From Candidatus Kaiserbacteria bacterium (lineage in GTDB: Bacteria; Patescibacteriota; Minisyncoccia; Phycocordibacterales; UBA2100), in assembly GCA_016217925.1 (NCBI GenBank), contig JACRFK010000003.1, positions 271,656 to 335,655 of the forward strand: 64,000 nucleotides of DNA. The letters are read 5' to 3'. Positions 29,262-38,222 of this stretch are shown one piece after another. A program made the translations under genes and the position numbers. The stretch's first letter is position 1, and every line of letters begins with the position of its first letter. The notes under the pieces were generated by a model. It was not told the origin of the DNA and did no database searches. It saw only the letters and a program-made list of their open reading frames with translations.

Positions 29262-29582
29262 AACATTGACTTCTATTGTATCAAAATATTGGAGCCCGGA
29301 TGTCTGCCCGGGCTCCACGCGTAGCACACGCTGCTACTTCAGAATGCGTCGATGCGGCTGTGCACGAACATCGCCACCAACGTGGGGATCGCGACGCAAA
29401 GTGATTGAACAACCTCAACGGGGTCGGGACCGACTCGGGGGGTCCCCAGAAACCCAAGATTGGCGGGTTTTGGATACCCCGCTGTTGCATCCGGAACATC
29501 GGCATAGTCGCGTTGATGTCGCATCATTTCCTCCGAAGAGACTTTAAGGGATGCGGTGTGCAATCCCGCTTTTAGAATATGC

Positions 29583-30272
29583 CTACCACCCCTTTGCTGT
29601 CAAAGCTTTCTGCGCTGCGTCTTGTTCCGCTTCTTGTTTCGAACGACCTTCGCCGGTCGCGACTTTCTCTTGCCCGATGAAGGCACCGACGACAAATGTG
29701 CGGTCGTGGTCGGGACCACTCTGGCTCATTACCTGGTACGTCGGGGTGATGCCGTTTTTTTCCTGCGCAAGTTCCTGCAACCTACTCTTGGCGTCTTGCC
29801 AAAGCCGCTTCTCGACGACCTCTTCCGTCTTGTGGAAAAGTTGGTCCGCGATGAATTTCTTTGCCGTCTCGTAGCCGGAATCGAGATACAGAGCGCCAAT
29901 GAGCGCTTCGAAGGCATTCGCGAGGATTATCATCCGCGCACGACCGGTATCTTTTGACTCTCCGCGGGACAGCAACAAATAGTCGTTCATGCTCAATTTC
30001 GTCGCGGCGTCGGCGATAGAAACAGTATTCACGAGCGCCGCGCGAAATGAGGTCAAATCCCCTTCCGGTTTATCCGGATACTTGGCATACAAAAATTCCG
30101 TAACCACGAGCTCCAGCACGGCGTCGCCCAAAAATTCGAGACGCTCGTTGTGCTCGCGTCCCGCGGCCTTGTTCTCGTTCAGGTACGAGCGGTGCGTGAA
30201 AGCCGTCTCAAGCAAGCGTTTGTCCTGGAATGAGTATCCGAGCTTGGCCTCAAAGGCTGCGAGATCCGCCAT
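29583..30272 (-). CDS. rnc: Ribonuclease III
   Basis: Signature ERLEFLGDAVLELVVTEFLY; C-terminal dsRBD. Confidence 0.85.
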   Translation of the reverse strand: MADLAAFEAKLGYSFQDKRLLETAFTHRSYLNENKAAGREHNERLEFLGDAVLELVVTEFLYAKYPDKPEGDLTSFRAALVNTVSIADAATKLSMNDYLLLSRGESKDTGRARMIILANAFEALIGALYLDSGYETAKKFIADQLFHKTEEVVEKRLWQDAKSRLQELAQEKNGITPTYQVMSQSGPDHDRTFVVGAFIGQEKVATGEGRSKQEAEQDAAQKALTAKGW

Positions 30273-30274
30273 AG

Positions 30275-31228
30275 CTATTTTTTTCTGCGCGGGCGCGGGG
30301 AAGTGGCGGGCGCGGACGGCTTGTCTTTTTGCGCAAGCACATTGATAGCGGGAACGATTATCTTCAGCGTATCGTCATAAAAGTTGAGGTCGCCGACCGC
30401 AGAGAGCGGGAACCACTGCGCATCGTCCAAGCCACCACTCGAGCCGAGCCGCAGCTCGGAAAAGGGCGATTCCGCGAGGAAGTAGCTCACACGCTTGCGC
30501 TTCTTGCCGCCTTCCACCTTGGAATCATTCGCTACGTATTCATTCACGCCGAGCTCTTGGACTATCTTGATATCGAGTCCCATCTCCTCTTTTATTTCGC
30601 GGACAGCGCCCGCCTGTATATCTTCACCCTCTTCAATCTTCCCCTTCGAGAGTGTCCAATGGCCAAAAATGTCGTGGACAAACGCGAGGTACGTTTCACC
30701 TTCCGCTCGCGCATAGACGACCGCGCCAGCCAAATGCTCGGTCGGCATTTTTGCGGGCTTTTGCCCGACCTCTTTGCGCGCGCCGCCTTCGTTTTTACCC
30801 GGTTCGCCGAGCTCAACATAGACAGCACCCAAGACGCCGTTGACGAACCGTCCCGATGAGGCACTGCCGAAGGCTTTTGCAAGCTCAATGGCCTCGTTAA
30901 TGGCGACTTTGGCGGGTACCTGGGTCCGGTCGGCAAAAAGGAGTTCAGTGAGACCGAGCCGCAATACGTTGCGGTCAATCGCCGCGATACGGTCTATCGG
31001 CCACTCGGGCGCGGCGCGTACGATGACCTCGTCTATTTCTTTTTGCTTCCCGACGGCGGTCTGGAGGAGGTTTTTCATGAACGGCATATCGCTGTCGCGT
31101 GCGCCGAATTCCTTGCCGTAATCGGCAAGCCGCGAGAGGGCCTCGTCATTCGTCATGGTGCCTCCCGAAGAATCGCGCTCGAAGAGCACTTGGAGAACGA
31201 CTGAACGAGCAAGGTGTCTATTTGCCAT
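30275..31228 (-). CDS. nusB: NusB antitermination factor fused to a C-terminal Nudix hydrolase domain
   Basis: NusB fold in residues ~1-150 (AAIDRNVLRLGLTELLF). Nudix box GKIEEGEDIQAGAVREIKEEMGL in the C-terminal half. Confidence 0.7.
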   Translation of the reverse strand: MANRHLARSVVLQVLFERDSSGGTMTNDEALSRLADYGKEFGARDSDMPFMKNLLQTAVGKQKEIDEVIVRAAPEWPIDRIAAIDRNVLRLGLTELLFADRTQVPAKVAINEAIELAKAFGSASSGRFVNGVLGAVYVELGEPGKNEGGARKEVGQKPAKMPTEHLAGAVVYARAEGETYLAFVHDIFGHWTLSKGKIEEGEDIQAGAVREIKEEMGLDIKIVQELGVNEYVANDSKVEGGKKRKRVSYFLAESPFSELRLGSSGGLDDAQWFPLSAVGDLNFYDDTLKIIVPAINVLAQKDKPSAPATSPRPRRKK

Positions 31229-31376
31229 ACAAGAGCTACTTCACGAAGCAGTATACCCCATGAGATAACGTTTCCAATTGTATAAGGTGTTGATGAGTAT
31301 TGATTGAAGATTCGCGTGAGTTGTGGAAATCAAAAAAAGATATCTCACGGGGCAGGCACAACAAAAACCGCGGAGT

Positions 31377-31652
31377 TTACGCCGTTTTGGTTGTTTCTTT
31401 TTCTTTCGTTTCTTCGCTCTGGCCGGCGGCCCGCAATTCAGTCTGCTTGCGCTTTGCGCGGCGCGCGGTGCGCGAGGACTGTGCGACTATGTCGATGATG
31501 ATTTTGCCGTTGTATTTTCCGCACTGTGGGCATGCGCGGTGAGAGATGCGGGAGGCGCCGCATTCACACGTGGCGAGGCGCTGCCCCGCGATAGCGTGAT
31601 GGCTCCGGCGTTTACCGGTCTTTGAGCGATTGACGCGCATTCGTACTACCAT
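31377..31652 (-). CDS. rpmF: 50S ribosomal protein L32 with C-terminal extension
   Basis: MVVRMRVNRSKTGKRRSHHAI...CECGASRISHRACPQCG, with the zinc-ribbon Cys pattern. Confidence 0.75.
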   Translation of the reverse strand: MVVRMRVNRSKTGKRRSHHAIAGQRLATCECGASRISHRACPQCGKYNGKIIIDIVAQSSRTARRAKRKQTELRAAGQSEETKEKETTKTA

Positions 31653-31722
31653 AGTGGGAAGACTATACCGTAAAACAGGGACTTTGCAAATCATCGGGGC
31701 CGCGATTGGTATCGCGGCCCGC

Positions 31723-32310
31723 TCATTTGACCCTCCCTTTGCGGATATCGTCGGCCGCTTGCCTCCCGACGAAATTGACGACTTGTACCCATTCGTCAAC
31801 TTCCCCGCCCCACTCGCGCAAAGCTTTCTTAAGCGCGGGCGGGCAACGTCTCACGCGAGCCGCTTGTATGGCAACCTCGGCTTGTTTCTTGACCGCATTG
31901 GTGGCCGTCTCGACACCTTCTCCGTCGAGCACGCTCCGGAAGAACAGCGAAAATACTTTTTCCGTGTTGTCGAATATTCTCGACTCTTCGGAAAATCCGA
32001 ACCTTCTCATCCGGTCCGCGAGAAGCGCACCCCTGAAGACGAGCGTCCGGATTCTGCCTTCACATCCGTCAAGTATGTCTCTCGGCGGAGGGATGCGCCC
32101 GTTGTCCGGAGCGTACCCCGCCCATGCCCACGCCGCTCTTTGCATGCGGTCACTTCGGAGAACCGACGGGACAAGCAGCACCATCGCGGCGATGACCATC
32201 GCCACGACGAGTTTCCAGAAGGTGACGAACCCGGTATCGACAACTGCTACGGTAAGTTCCCAGACGAACGCTGCCGCAAGGAAACCCAACGTTGGAACAA
32301 ACTGCTCCAT
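31723..32310 (-). CDS. Hypothetical membrane protein
   Basis: N-terminal TM helices. Co-oriented between rnhB and rpmF. The competing + strand ORF 31630..32448 was judged less likely. Confidence 0.3.
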   Translation of the reverse strand: MEQFVPTLGFLAAAFVWELTVAVVDTGFVTFWKLVVAMVIAAMVLLVPSVLRSDRMQRAAWAWAGYAPDNGRIPPPRDILDGCEGRIRTLVFRGALLADRMRRFGFSEESRIFDNTEKVFSLFFRSVLDGEGVETATNAVKKQAEVAIQAARVRRCPPALKKALREWGGEVDEWVQVVNFVGRQAADDIRKGRVK

Positions 32311-32368
32311 CTTTGCCTCCTTTCGGCAAGATTGCTGTTTTCCCGCTCAAAGACGGGCTTTTCACATC

Positions 32369-32971
32369 TTATACGCAATCCCGCGCATGAAGCAACCGCG
32401 AACAAAAACTCGTCCGGTGAATGTCCGACAAGCCACATCGTTGAATGACTGAGATATGTGACGCGGTCCCGTACCCTTTATGAGCATGGAAATCGTAGGC
32501 GGGGTACTTGGATGAGAGGCGTTTCATCAGCCGGTCGCGCGTGACTTTTGCCATGACGGACGCGAGCGAGATTACGGGCTCGGTGTCGTCTCCGCGGATG
32601 ATTGTCTCCTGACGGATGTACTCCGCGGGCGCTTTGAGGCTTCCATCTAGCAGTACGCGGCAGTCTTTTGCCTCAACTTCCAATCGGGAAAGGGCCTCGG
32701 CGAGCGCGCGCTTGATGGCGGGCACGATTCCATATCTATCGATGTACGCCGCAGATGATGTGGAGACGGCAAAGCGTAACGAATGTGACCTTTCCAGCTC
32801 ACCCGCGCGTGTAAAAATCTCCTCGCGCTTTTTTTCCGAGAGTTTTTTGGAATCCCGCACGCCCTCTACGAGTCCCCAATCAAAATCCGTTGGCACCAAG
32901 ACCGCCCCCACCGCAACGGGCCCCGCCAGTGGCCCCCGCCCCGCTTCGTCTACTCCAACGACGTATTTCAT
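32369..32971 (-). CDS. rnhB: Ribonuclease HII
   Basis: MKYVVGVDEAGRGPLAGPVAVGAVLV. Start taken at the internal Met. Confidence 0.8.
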   Translation of the reverse strand: MKYVVGVDEAGRGPLAGPVAVGAVLVPTDFDWGLVEGVRDSKKLSEKKREEIFTRAGELERSHSLRFAVSTSSAAYIDRYGIVPAIKRALAEALSRLEVEAKDCRVLLDGSLKAPAEYIRQETIIRGDDTEPVISLASVMAKVTRDRLMKRLSSKYPAYDFHAHKGYGTASHISVIQRCGLSDIHRTSFCSRLLHARDCV

Positions 32972-33102
32972 CCTGTTAATAATATCAGTTGAAAAAGGGC
33001 CGGCTTTTGCTAGGCTGCAGTCTGCCATTGGTCTTGATGTACAGCAGGTCCACTGGCAGGCGCAACGGGCAGAAATGCCCATTTTATGAAATGAGGAATG
33101 CC

Positions 33103-33378
33103 ATGGCTAAGACGGGCTTCGACGTAGAAGGCACGATGGTTAAGCTGCGGGCAGGACAGACCGCCCTGACCGACAAACTCATCAAGGGCCTGCACAAGGG
33201 GGGCGCAAGCGATTTCTTGCGCGAATTCTACGCCGCCCCATACACAAAGTGGCTGAAGAGACAGCCGCCCGAACATGTGGAAGACGTGGGCGACCGGTCC
33301 CTAGCAAAGGAGGGCCAGGTACCGGGTCACCCTGACTTCGTGGAAGTCGACCGGCGAATCGCAGCCGACACGCGGTGA
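33103..33378 (+). CDS. Hypothetical small protein
   Basis: ORF MAKTGFDVEGTMVKLRAGQTALTDKLIKGL...; no motif. Confidence 0.25.
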   Translation: MAKTGFDVEGTMVKLRAGQTALTDKLIKGLHKGGASDFLREFYAAPYTKWLKRQPPEHVEDVGDRSLAKEGQVPGHPDFVEVDRRIAADTR

Positions 33379-33457
33379 ACCGCGGAAACGAAATGCGAAA
33401 GGGCGGCCTGCGGACCGCCCTTTTCGATGCAAAAAATGAGAGTGATATACTGCCCCT

Positions 33458-36400
33458 ATGAGTGCGCGCGAATTCGTCCATTTGCATACTCACTCGCACT
33501 ATTCGCTCCTCGAAGCACTGCCCAAAATCCCCGAGCTTGTCGCTGCGGCTGCCAAAGATGGCCAGACAGCGCTTGCGCTCACCGACAACGGCAACCTCTA
33601 CGGCGCGATAGATTTCTACAAAGAGTGTAAGGACAATAGCGTGAAGCCGATTATCGGCGTCGATTTCTATGTCGCCCCGCGTACCCGCGCGCAAAAGGAG
33701 CATCGCATCGATGAACACACCTCGCGACTCGTGCTTTTGGCGAAGAACGAAACGGGGTATCGCAACCTGATGCAGCTTGTCTCGCGCTCGCACCTCGAAG
33801 GCTTTTATTACCGCCCGCGCATAGACCGCGAACTCATCGAAGCGCACCGCGAAGGACTCGTCGCGATACTTCCCTCTTTTGGCGGCGAACACGCCAAGCA
33901 CCTTCGCGAACACAATGCCGGGAAAGCGCGGGAGTGCGTGGATTGGCACAAAAAAATATATGGCGATGACTTGTTCCTGGAAATAACCCGTCACCCGGAG
34001 ATAGACGGACACGAGGGTCAGATGCAGGAGATTATTTCGCTCGCGCGCGGGGCCGGTGTCCCGCTTGTGGCAGCGCACGACACGTACTATCTGAAGAAGG
34101 AAGACGCGCTCGCGCGCGAGCTGGTGCGCAAAATCCGGAGCGCCGGCGTACTGAATCGCGACTTTGAGCAGGGCGCCCCCGATTTCTCATTCATGCCGCG
34201 CGCGCAGATGGAAGAGTCTTTCAAGGATATTCCGGAGGCACTTGAAAATAGCGCGCGCATTGCCGAGAGATGCGAGCTGGAGCTGAAGCTAGGGCTCTGG
34301 GTCTTCCCCGATTTTCCCATTCCCGCCGGAAGTAGCGCAAATGACGAGTTGCGAGCGCTCGCGCAGGCAGGATTCAAGGAGCGCGGCGTCGCCGAGACCT
34401 CCGAGAACAAAGAGCGCGTTGGCTATGAGCTTTCCATAATCGGAAGCAAGGGGTACTCGCCGTATTTTCTCGTCGTTGCGGACCTCTTGCGCCACGCACG
34501 CGAGAAGGGAATTCTCACCAATACTAGAGGCAGCGCGGCGGGCTCTCTCGTCTCGTACCTCTCCGGCATCACGACGGTAAACCCCATCGAATATCAACTC
34601 CCCTTCGAGCGATTTTTGAATCCCGAGCGACCGAGCCCGCCCGATATCGACATGGACCTCGCCGACAACCGCCGCGACGAGCTCATCGCGTATGTGAGGG
34701 AAAAATACGGGGAAGAAAAAGTGGCGCAGATAGGCACTTTCGGCACCATGATGGCGCGCGCGGCCGTGCGCGACGTTTCGCGCGCGCTCGGACATCCCTA
34801 CAGCCTCGGCGACACGATTGCCAAGCTCATTCCATTCGGCAAGCAGGGATTCCCCGTGACTATTGCGGGAGCTTTGGAGGAAGTGCCCGAGCTCGCGCAG
34901 CTGTATAAGAAAGACGCGGATGCGCGCGAAGTTCTCGATCTCGCGCAAAAAGTCGAAGGCAATGCGCGCCACGTCGGCGTCCACGCCGCGGGAGTCGTTA
35001 TTGCGCCGACCGCCGTCACCGACTACTCGCCTATTCAAATAGACCCCAAGGGCAATCACATCATCACGCAGTACGACATGTACGCGATTGAAGAAGCGGG
35101 GCTTCTGAAATTCGATTTCCTCGGACTTACCAACCTCTCGGTCCTTGCCGACGCGGTCGCGCGCGTGCGCGAGCGCTTGCACGTAGACATTGATCTCGAC
35201 AAGCTCCCGCTCGATGACACAAAGACTTTCGAAATGCTCTCACGCGGCGAGACGCTCGGAGTATTTCAACTCGCAGGCGGCGGCATGACGGCCTACCTCG
35301 TCGACCTAAAGCCGACCGCCATCCACGACATCAACGCGATGGTCGCGCTCTACCGCCCGGGCCCGATGGCTTTCATCCCCGCATACATCGAACGCAAAAA
35401 AGATCCGAAGCTCGTGAAATACCTCGACCCGCGTATGGAGATTATTCTCAAGAATTCCTACGGCGTCATTACCTATCAGGACGACGTGCTGGAGATTGCT
35501 ATCAAGATAGCCGGATACTCGTGGCTCGAGGCCGATAAATTCAGGAAAGCGATGGGGAAGAAGATACCGGCGGAAATGAAAGCGCAGAAAGAAAAGTTCA
35601 CCAAAGGCTGTGTGGCGGGCGGCATGAAGAAAGAGGCCGTACAGCAGTTGTGGGAACAGATAGAAACATTTGCCGCATACGGCTTCAACAAAGCGCACGC
35701 CGCTTCTTACGGCAACTTGGCGTATAAAACGGCTTACATGAAGGCTAATTTCCCTGTCGACTATATGGCGGCGGTGCTCACTGCGGACGCCGGCGACGTC
35801 GAAAAGATTTCGGAGGTCGTCGCCGAGTGCAAACGCATGGGTATCAATGTATTGCCGCCGTCGGTCAGTGAGAGTTACGGCAATTTTACCGTCGTAGATG
35901 AAAAAAATATTCGCTTTGGTCTGTATTCGATAAAGAACTTCGGCACGGGTGTCGGAGATTCCATCATCGCCGCAAGGAAAGAAGGAGGACCATTTAAGGA
36001 CATCGCCGATTTTCTCTCCCGCATCCTGGACCCCGTTAGAGGCGACGCCTCTAACGGGGCGGGCAAGAATCTCAACAAAAAATCCCTGGAATCTCTCATC
36101 CAGTGCGGCGCGTTTGACGACATGAGGCTCTCCCGCGGCGAGCTCATGGAGAACATCGAGACTCTTCTCACCTTCCACCGCGAGCATCTTAGTTCACCGA
36201 AAGACCAAAGCTCACTCTTCGGTACGATGAGCGCCCCGCGTCTGTCGCTCTCACTGCAACGCGCAAAGCCCGTCGCGCTCGAGACGCTCTTGGGATGGGA
36301 AAAAGAATTGCTCGGCCTCTATATTTCCGGACATCCGCTCGACAAACACAAAGCGAAATTCGCCGATACAAAAAAGAGCATCAAATACGCAAAAGAACAT

Positions 36401-36652
36401 CTGAAGGGCGTGGAGACCGTCATCGCGGGGTTTGTCGAGAGCGCCCGCATCAACCAGACGAAGAACGGAGAAAAGATGGGGTTCCTCAAGCTCGCTGATT
36501 TTTCTGACTCCATCGAGGCCGTAGTCTTCCCACGGACCTTCAAAGAATGCGAATCTATCATCACCCCCGGCTCCTGTGTCGCGTTCAAAGGCAAAATCTC
36601 GGACAGGAACGGGGAATCTAGTTTTGTTGTAGAGCGTGCTAAAGCACTGTGA
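33458..36652 (+). CDS. dnaE: DNA polymerase III alpha subunit carrying an in-frame perfect hairpin
   Basis: PHP domain HLHTHSHYSLLEA, polymerase core, OB-fold. Hairpin-encoded DPVRGDASNGAG at 36031-36059. Confidence 0.9.
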   Translation: MSAREFVHLHTHSHYSLLEALPKIPELVAAAAKDGQTALALTDNGNLYGAIDFYKECKDNSVKPIIGVDFYVAPRTRAQKEHRIDEHTSRLVLLAKNETGYRNLMQLVSRSHLEGFYYRPRIDRELIEAHREGLVAILPSFGGEHAKHLREHNAGKARECVDWHKKIYGDDLFLEITRHPEIDGHEGQMQEIISLARGAGVPLVAAHDTYYLKKEDALARELVRKIRSAGVLNRDFEQGAPDFSFMPRAQMEESFKDIPEALENSARIAERCELELKLGLWVFPDFPIPAGSSANDELRALAQAGFKERGVAETSENKERVGYELSIIGSKGYSPYFLVVADLLRHAREKGILTNTRGSAAGSLVSYLSGITTVNPIEYQLPFERFLNPERPSPPDIDMDLADNRRDELIAYVREKYGEEKVAQIGTFGTMMARAAVRDVSRALGHPYSLGDTIAKLIPFGKQGFPVTIAGALEEVPELAQLYKKDADAREVLDLAQKVEGNARHVGVHAAGVVIAPTAVTDYSPIQIDPKGNHIITQYDMYAIEEAGLLKFDFLGLTNLSVLADAVARVRERLHVDIDLDKLPLDDTKTFEMLSRGETLGVFQLAGGGMTAYLVDLKPTAIHDINAMVALYRPGPMAFIPAYIERKKDPKLVKYLDPRMEIILKNSYGVITYQDDVLEIAIKIAGYSWLEADKFRKAMGKKIPAEMKAQKEKFTKGCVAGGMKKEAVQQLWEQIETFAAYGFNKAHAASYGNLAYKTAYMKANFPVDYMAAVLTADAGDVEKISEVVAECKRMGINVLPPSVSESYGNFTVVDEKNIRFGLYSIKNFGTGVGDSIIAARKEGGPFKDIADFLSRILDPVRGDASNGAGKNLNKKSLESLIQCGAFDDMRLSRGELMENIETLLTFHREHLSSPKDQSSLFGTMSAPRLSLSLQRAKPVALETLLGWEKELLGLYISGHPLDKHKAKFADTKKSIKYAKEHLKGVETVIAGFVESARINQTKNGEKMGFLKLADFSDSIEAVVFPRTFKECESIITPGSCVAFKGKISDRNGESSFVVERAKAL
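36031..36059. repeat. Perfect hairpin CCCCGTTAGAGGC-GAC-GCCTCTAACGGGG (family B) inside dnaE
   Basis: 13-bp stem, 3-nt loop. Same arms as the 61637/61742 pair. Confidence 0.7.
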
Positions 36653-36659
36653 GTGGATT

Positions 36660-36890
36660 GACACCGGAGGGCTGGAGCGCTAAGATTAGCCGTGTGAGGG
36701 ATTGCTCTGGCCACCAACCGGAGTCCCGCCCTTTCTTTAGAAAGAGCGGGAGCGATAGCCTAACCTGACAGAAAGAGTGTCCCGCCCTTTCCGGAGAAAG
36801 AGCGGGAAAACTAGGTGGAACCGCGGTTTAGTGAGATCGCCCTAGTGAGTGTACGAGATTCTCGTGCGTTCACTCGGGCGCTTTTTATTA
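36660..36890 (+). promoter_or_regulatory. T-box riboswitch-like leader of thrS
   Basis: AAACTAGGTGGAACCGCGG at 36808-36826 matches the T-box consensus AATTAGGGTGGNACCGCGG. Downstream terminator-like helix CGCCCTAGTG..CACTCGGGCG + TTTTTATT (36838-36888). Two near-identical upstream hairpins CCCGCCCTTTC..GAAAGAGCGGG. Candidate specifier ACC/ACA at 36764-36770. Confidence 0.5.
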
Positions 36891-36910
36891 TCCGGCGTAT
36901 TTGTATCTCT

Positions 36911-38155
36911 ATGGCAGACGAACAACACAATTCGAACGAACGAGATCATAAGAAACTCGGCCGCGAGCTCGACCTCTTCACCTTTTCAGACACGGTGGGC
37001 AAAGGACTCCCCCTGTGGACTCCCAAGGGTTCTGTCATTCGCCGCGAACTCGAACGCTTCATCGTTGACGAAGAGATCCGCCGCGGCTACTTGCACGTCT
37101 ACACGCCGGATATTGCCAAGCTCGATCTATACCGCAAATCCGGCCACTACCCGCACTACAAGGATTCAATGTACGCGCCCATCGTCATCGACGACGAAGA
37201 ATACATGCTTCGCCCGATGACATGCCCGCACCACTTCGAGCTCTACCTCGATAAGCCGCATAGCTACCGCGAATTGCCGATACGCATCGCCGAGCTCGCC
37301 AGGCTTTATCGCTATGAGCAATCGGGCGAATTGATGGGCCTTCAGCGTGTACGGACGTTCTGCCTCGCAGACGCGCACATCATCTGCGTCAGTGAGGAGC
37401 AGGCGATTGAAGAGGTGTCGAAAGCGCTCGATCTCATCGTCGATGTCGCCCGTGTCCTCGGCCTCAAACAGGGAGAGCACTATCGTTTTCTTCTCTCACT
37501 CGGTGACCGCACGAACACCGAGAAATACTATAAAAATGACGCGGCGTGGGAGAAGGGCGAGTCGCTTCTGCGAGGGCTCATGCAAAAGCGCGGAGAGGAA
37601 TTCGAAGAGGCGAAGGGCGAGGCCGCCTTTTACGGACCCAAGATTGACGTCCAGATGAAGAATGTGAACGGCAAAGAAGACACGGCCTTCACAGTACAAT
37701 ACGACTTCTGCATGCCGGACAAATTTGACCTTACCTATGTCGGAGAGGACGGCAAACCTCATCGCGCATTCGTGGTGCACCGCTCTTCTATCGGCGCCAT
37801 TGAGCGTATCGTCGCCTTTCTTATCGAACACTACTCCGGCAACTTCCCGCTCTGGCTTTCGCCGGTGCAGGCAAAGATATTGCCTATTTCGGAGAAGCAC
37901 GCGGCATATGCCCAAGAGATCGCAGAACAATTCCGTGCAGCCGATATCCGTATCGAGATAAGCGCCGATGATTCGCTCGGCAAACGTATCCGCTCCGCAA
38001 AGATGGAGAAAGTCCCGTACGTCCTCGTCGTCGGGGATGCGGAAGTGGAAGCAAAGACGGCGACCCTCGAAGGTCGAGCGGGGAAGATCGGCGCACTTCC
38101 GGTCGCCGACATCATCGCAAAATTGAAAGAAGAGATACGAACTCGCGCTCTCTAA
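36911..38155 (+). CDS. thrS: Threonyl-tRNA synthetase, catalytic + anticodon-binding domains only (no N-terminal TGS/editing domains)
   Basis: Class II motifs (YMLRPMTCPHH, FCLADAHIIC, GPKIDVQM...HRSSIGAIERI). Starts at MADEQHNSNERDHKKLGRELDLF. 414 aa. Confidence 0.85.
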   Translation: MADEQHNSNERDHKKLGRELDLFTFSDTVGKGLPLWTPKGSVIRRELERFIVDEEIRRGYLHVYTPDIAKLDLYRKSGHYPHYKDSMYAPIVIDDEEYMLRPMTCPHHFELYLDKPHSYRELPIRIAELARLYRYEQSGELMGLQRVRTFCLADAHIICVSEEQAIEEVSKALDLIVDVARVLGLKQGEHYRFLLSLGDRTNTEKYYKNDAAWEKGESLLRGLMQKRGEEFEEAKGEAAFYGPKIDVQMKNVNGKEDTAFTVQYDFCMPDKFDLTYVGEDGKPHRAFVVHRSSIGAIERIVAFLIEHYSGNFPLWLSPVQAKILPISEKHAAYAQEIAEQFRAADIRIEISADDSLGKRIRSAKMEKVPYVLVVGDAEVEAKTATLEGRAGKIGALPVADIIAKLKEEIRTRAL

Positions 38156-38222
38156 CAAAAACCCCCGCGAATCGCGGGGGTTTTTGTTTTCACCTTGGAG
38201 CTTTTGCGGGGCGGCGGCGAAA

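Noticed and set aside
31630-32448. + strand 272-aa ORF overlapping the minus-strand membrane-protein ORF
   Set aside because: It has no motifs, is Arg/Ser-rich in the way typical of GC artefacts, and the co-oriented minus-strand ORF fits the operon context (rnhB ... rpmF). Both are low confidence.
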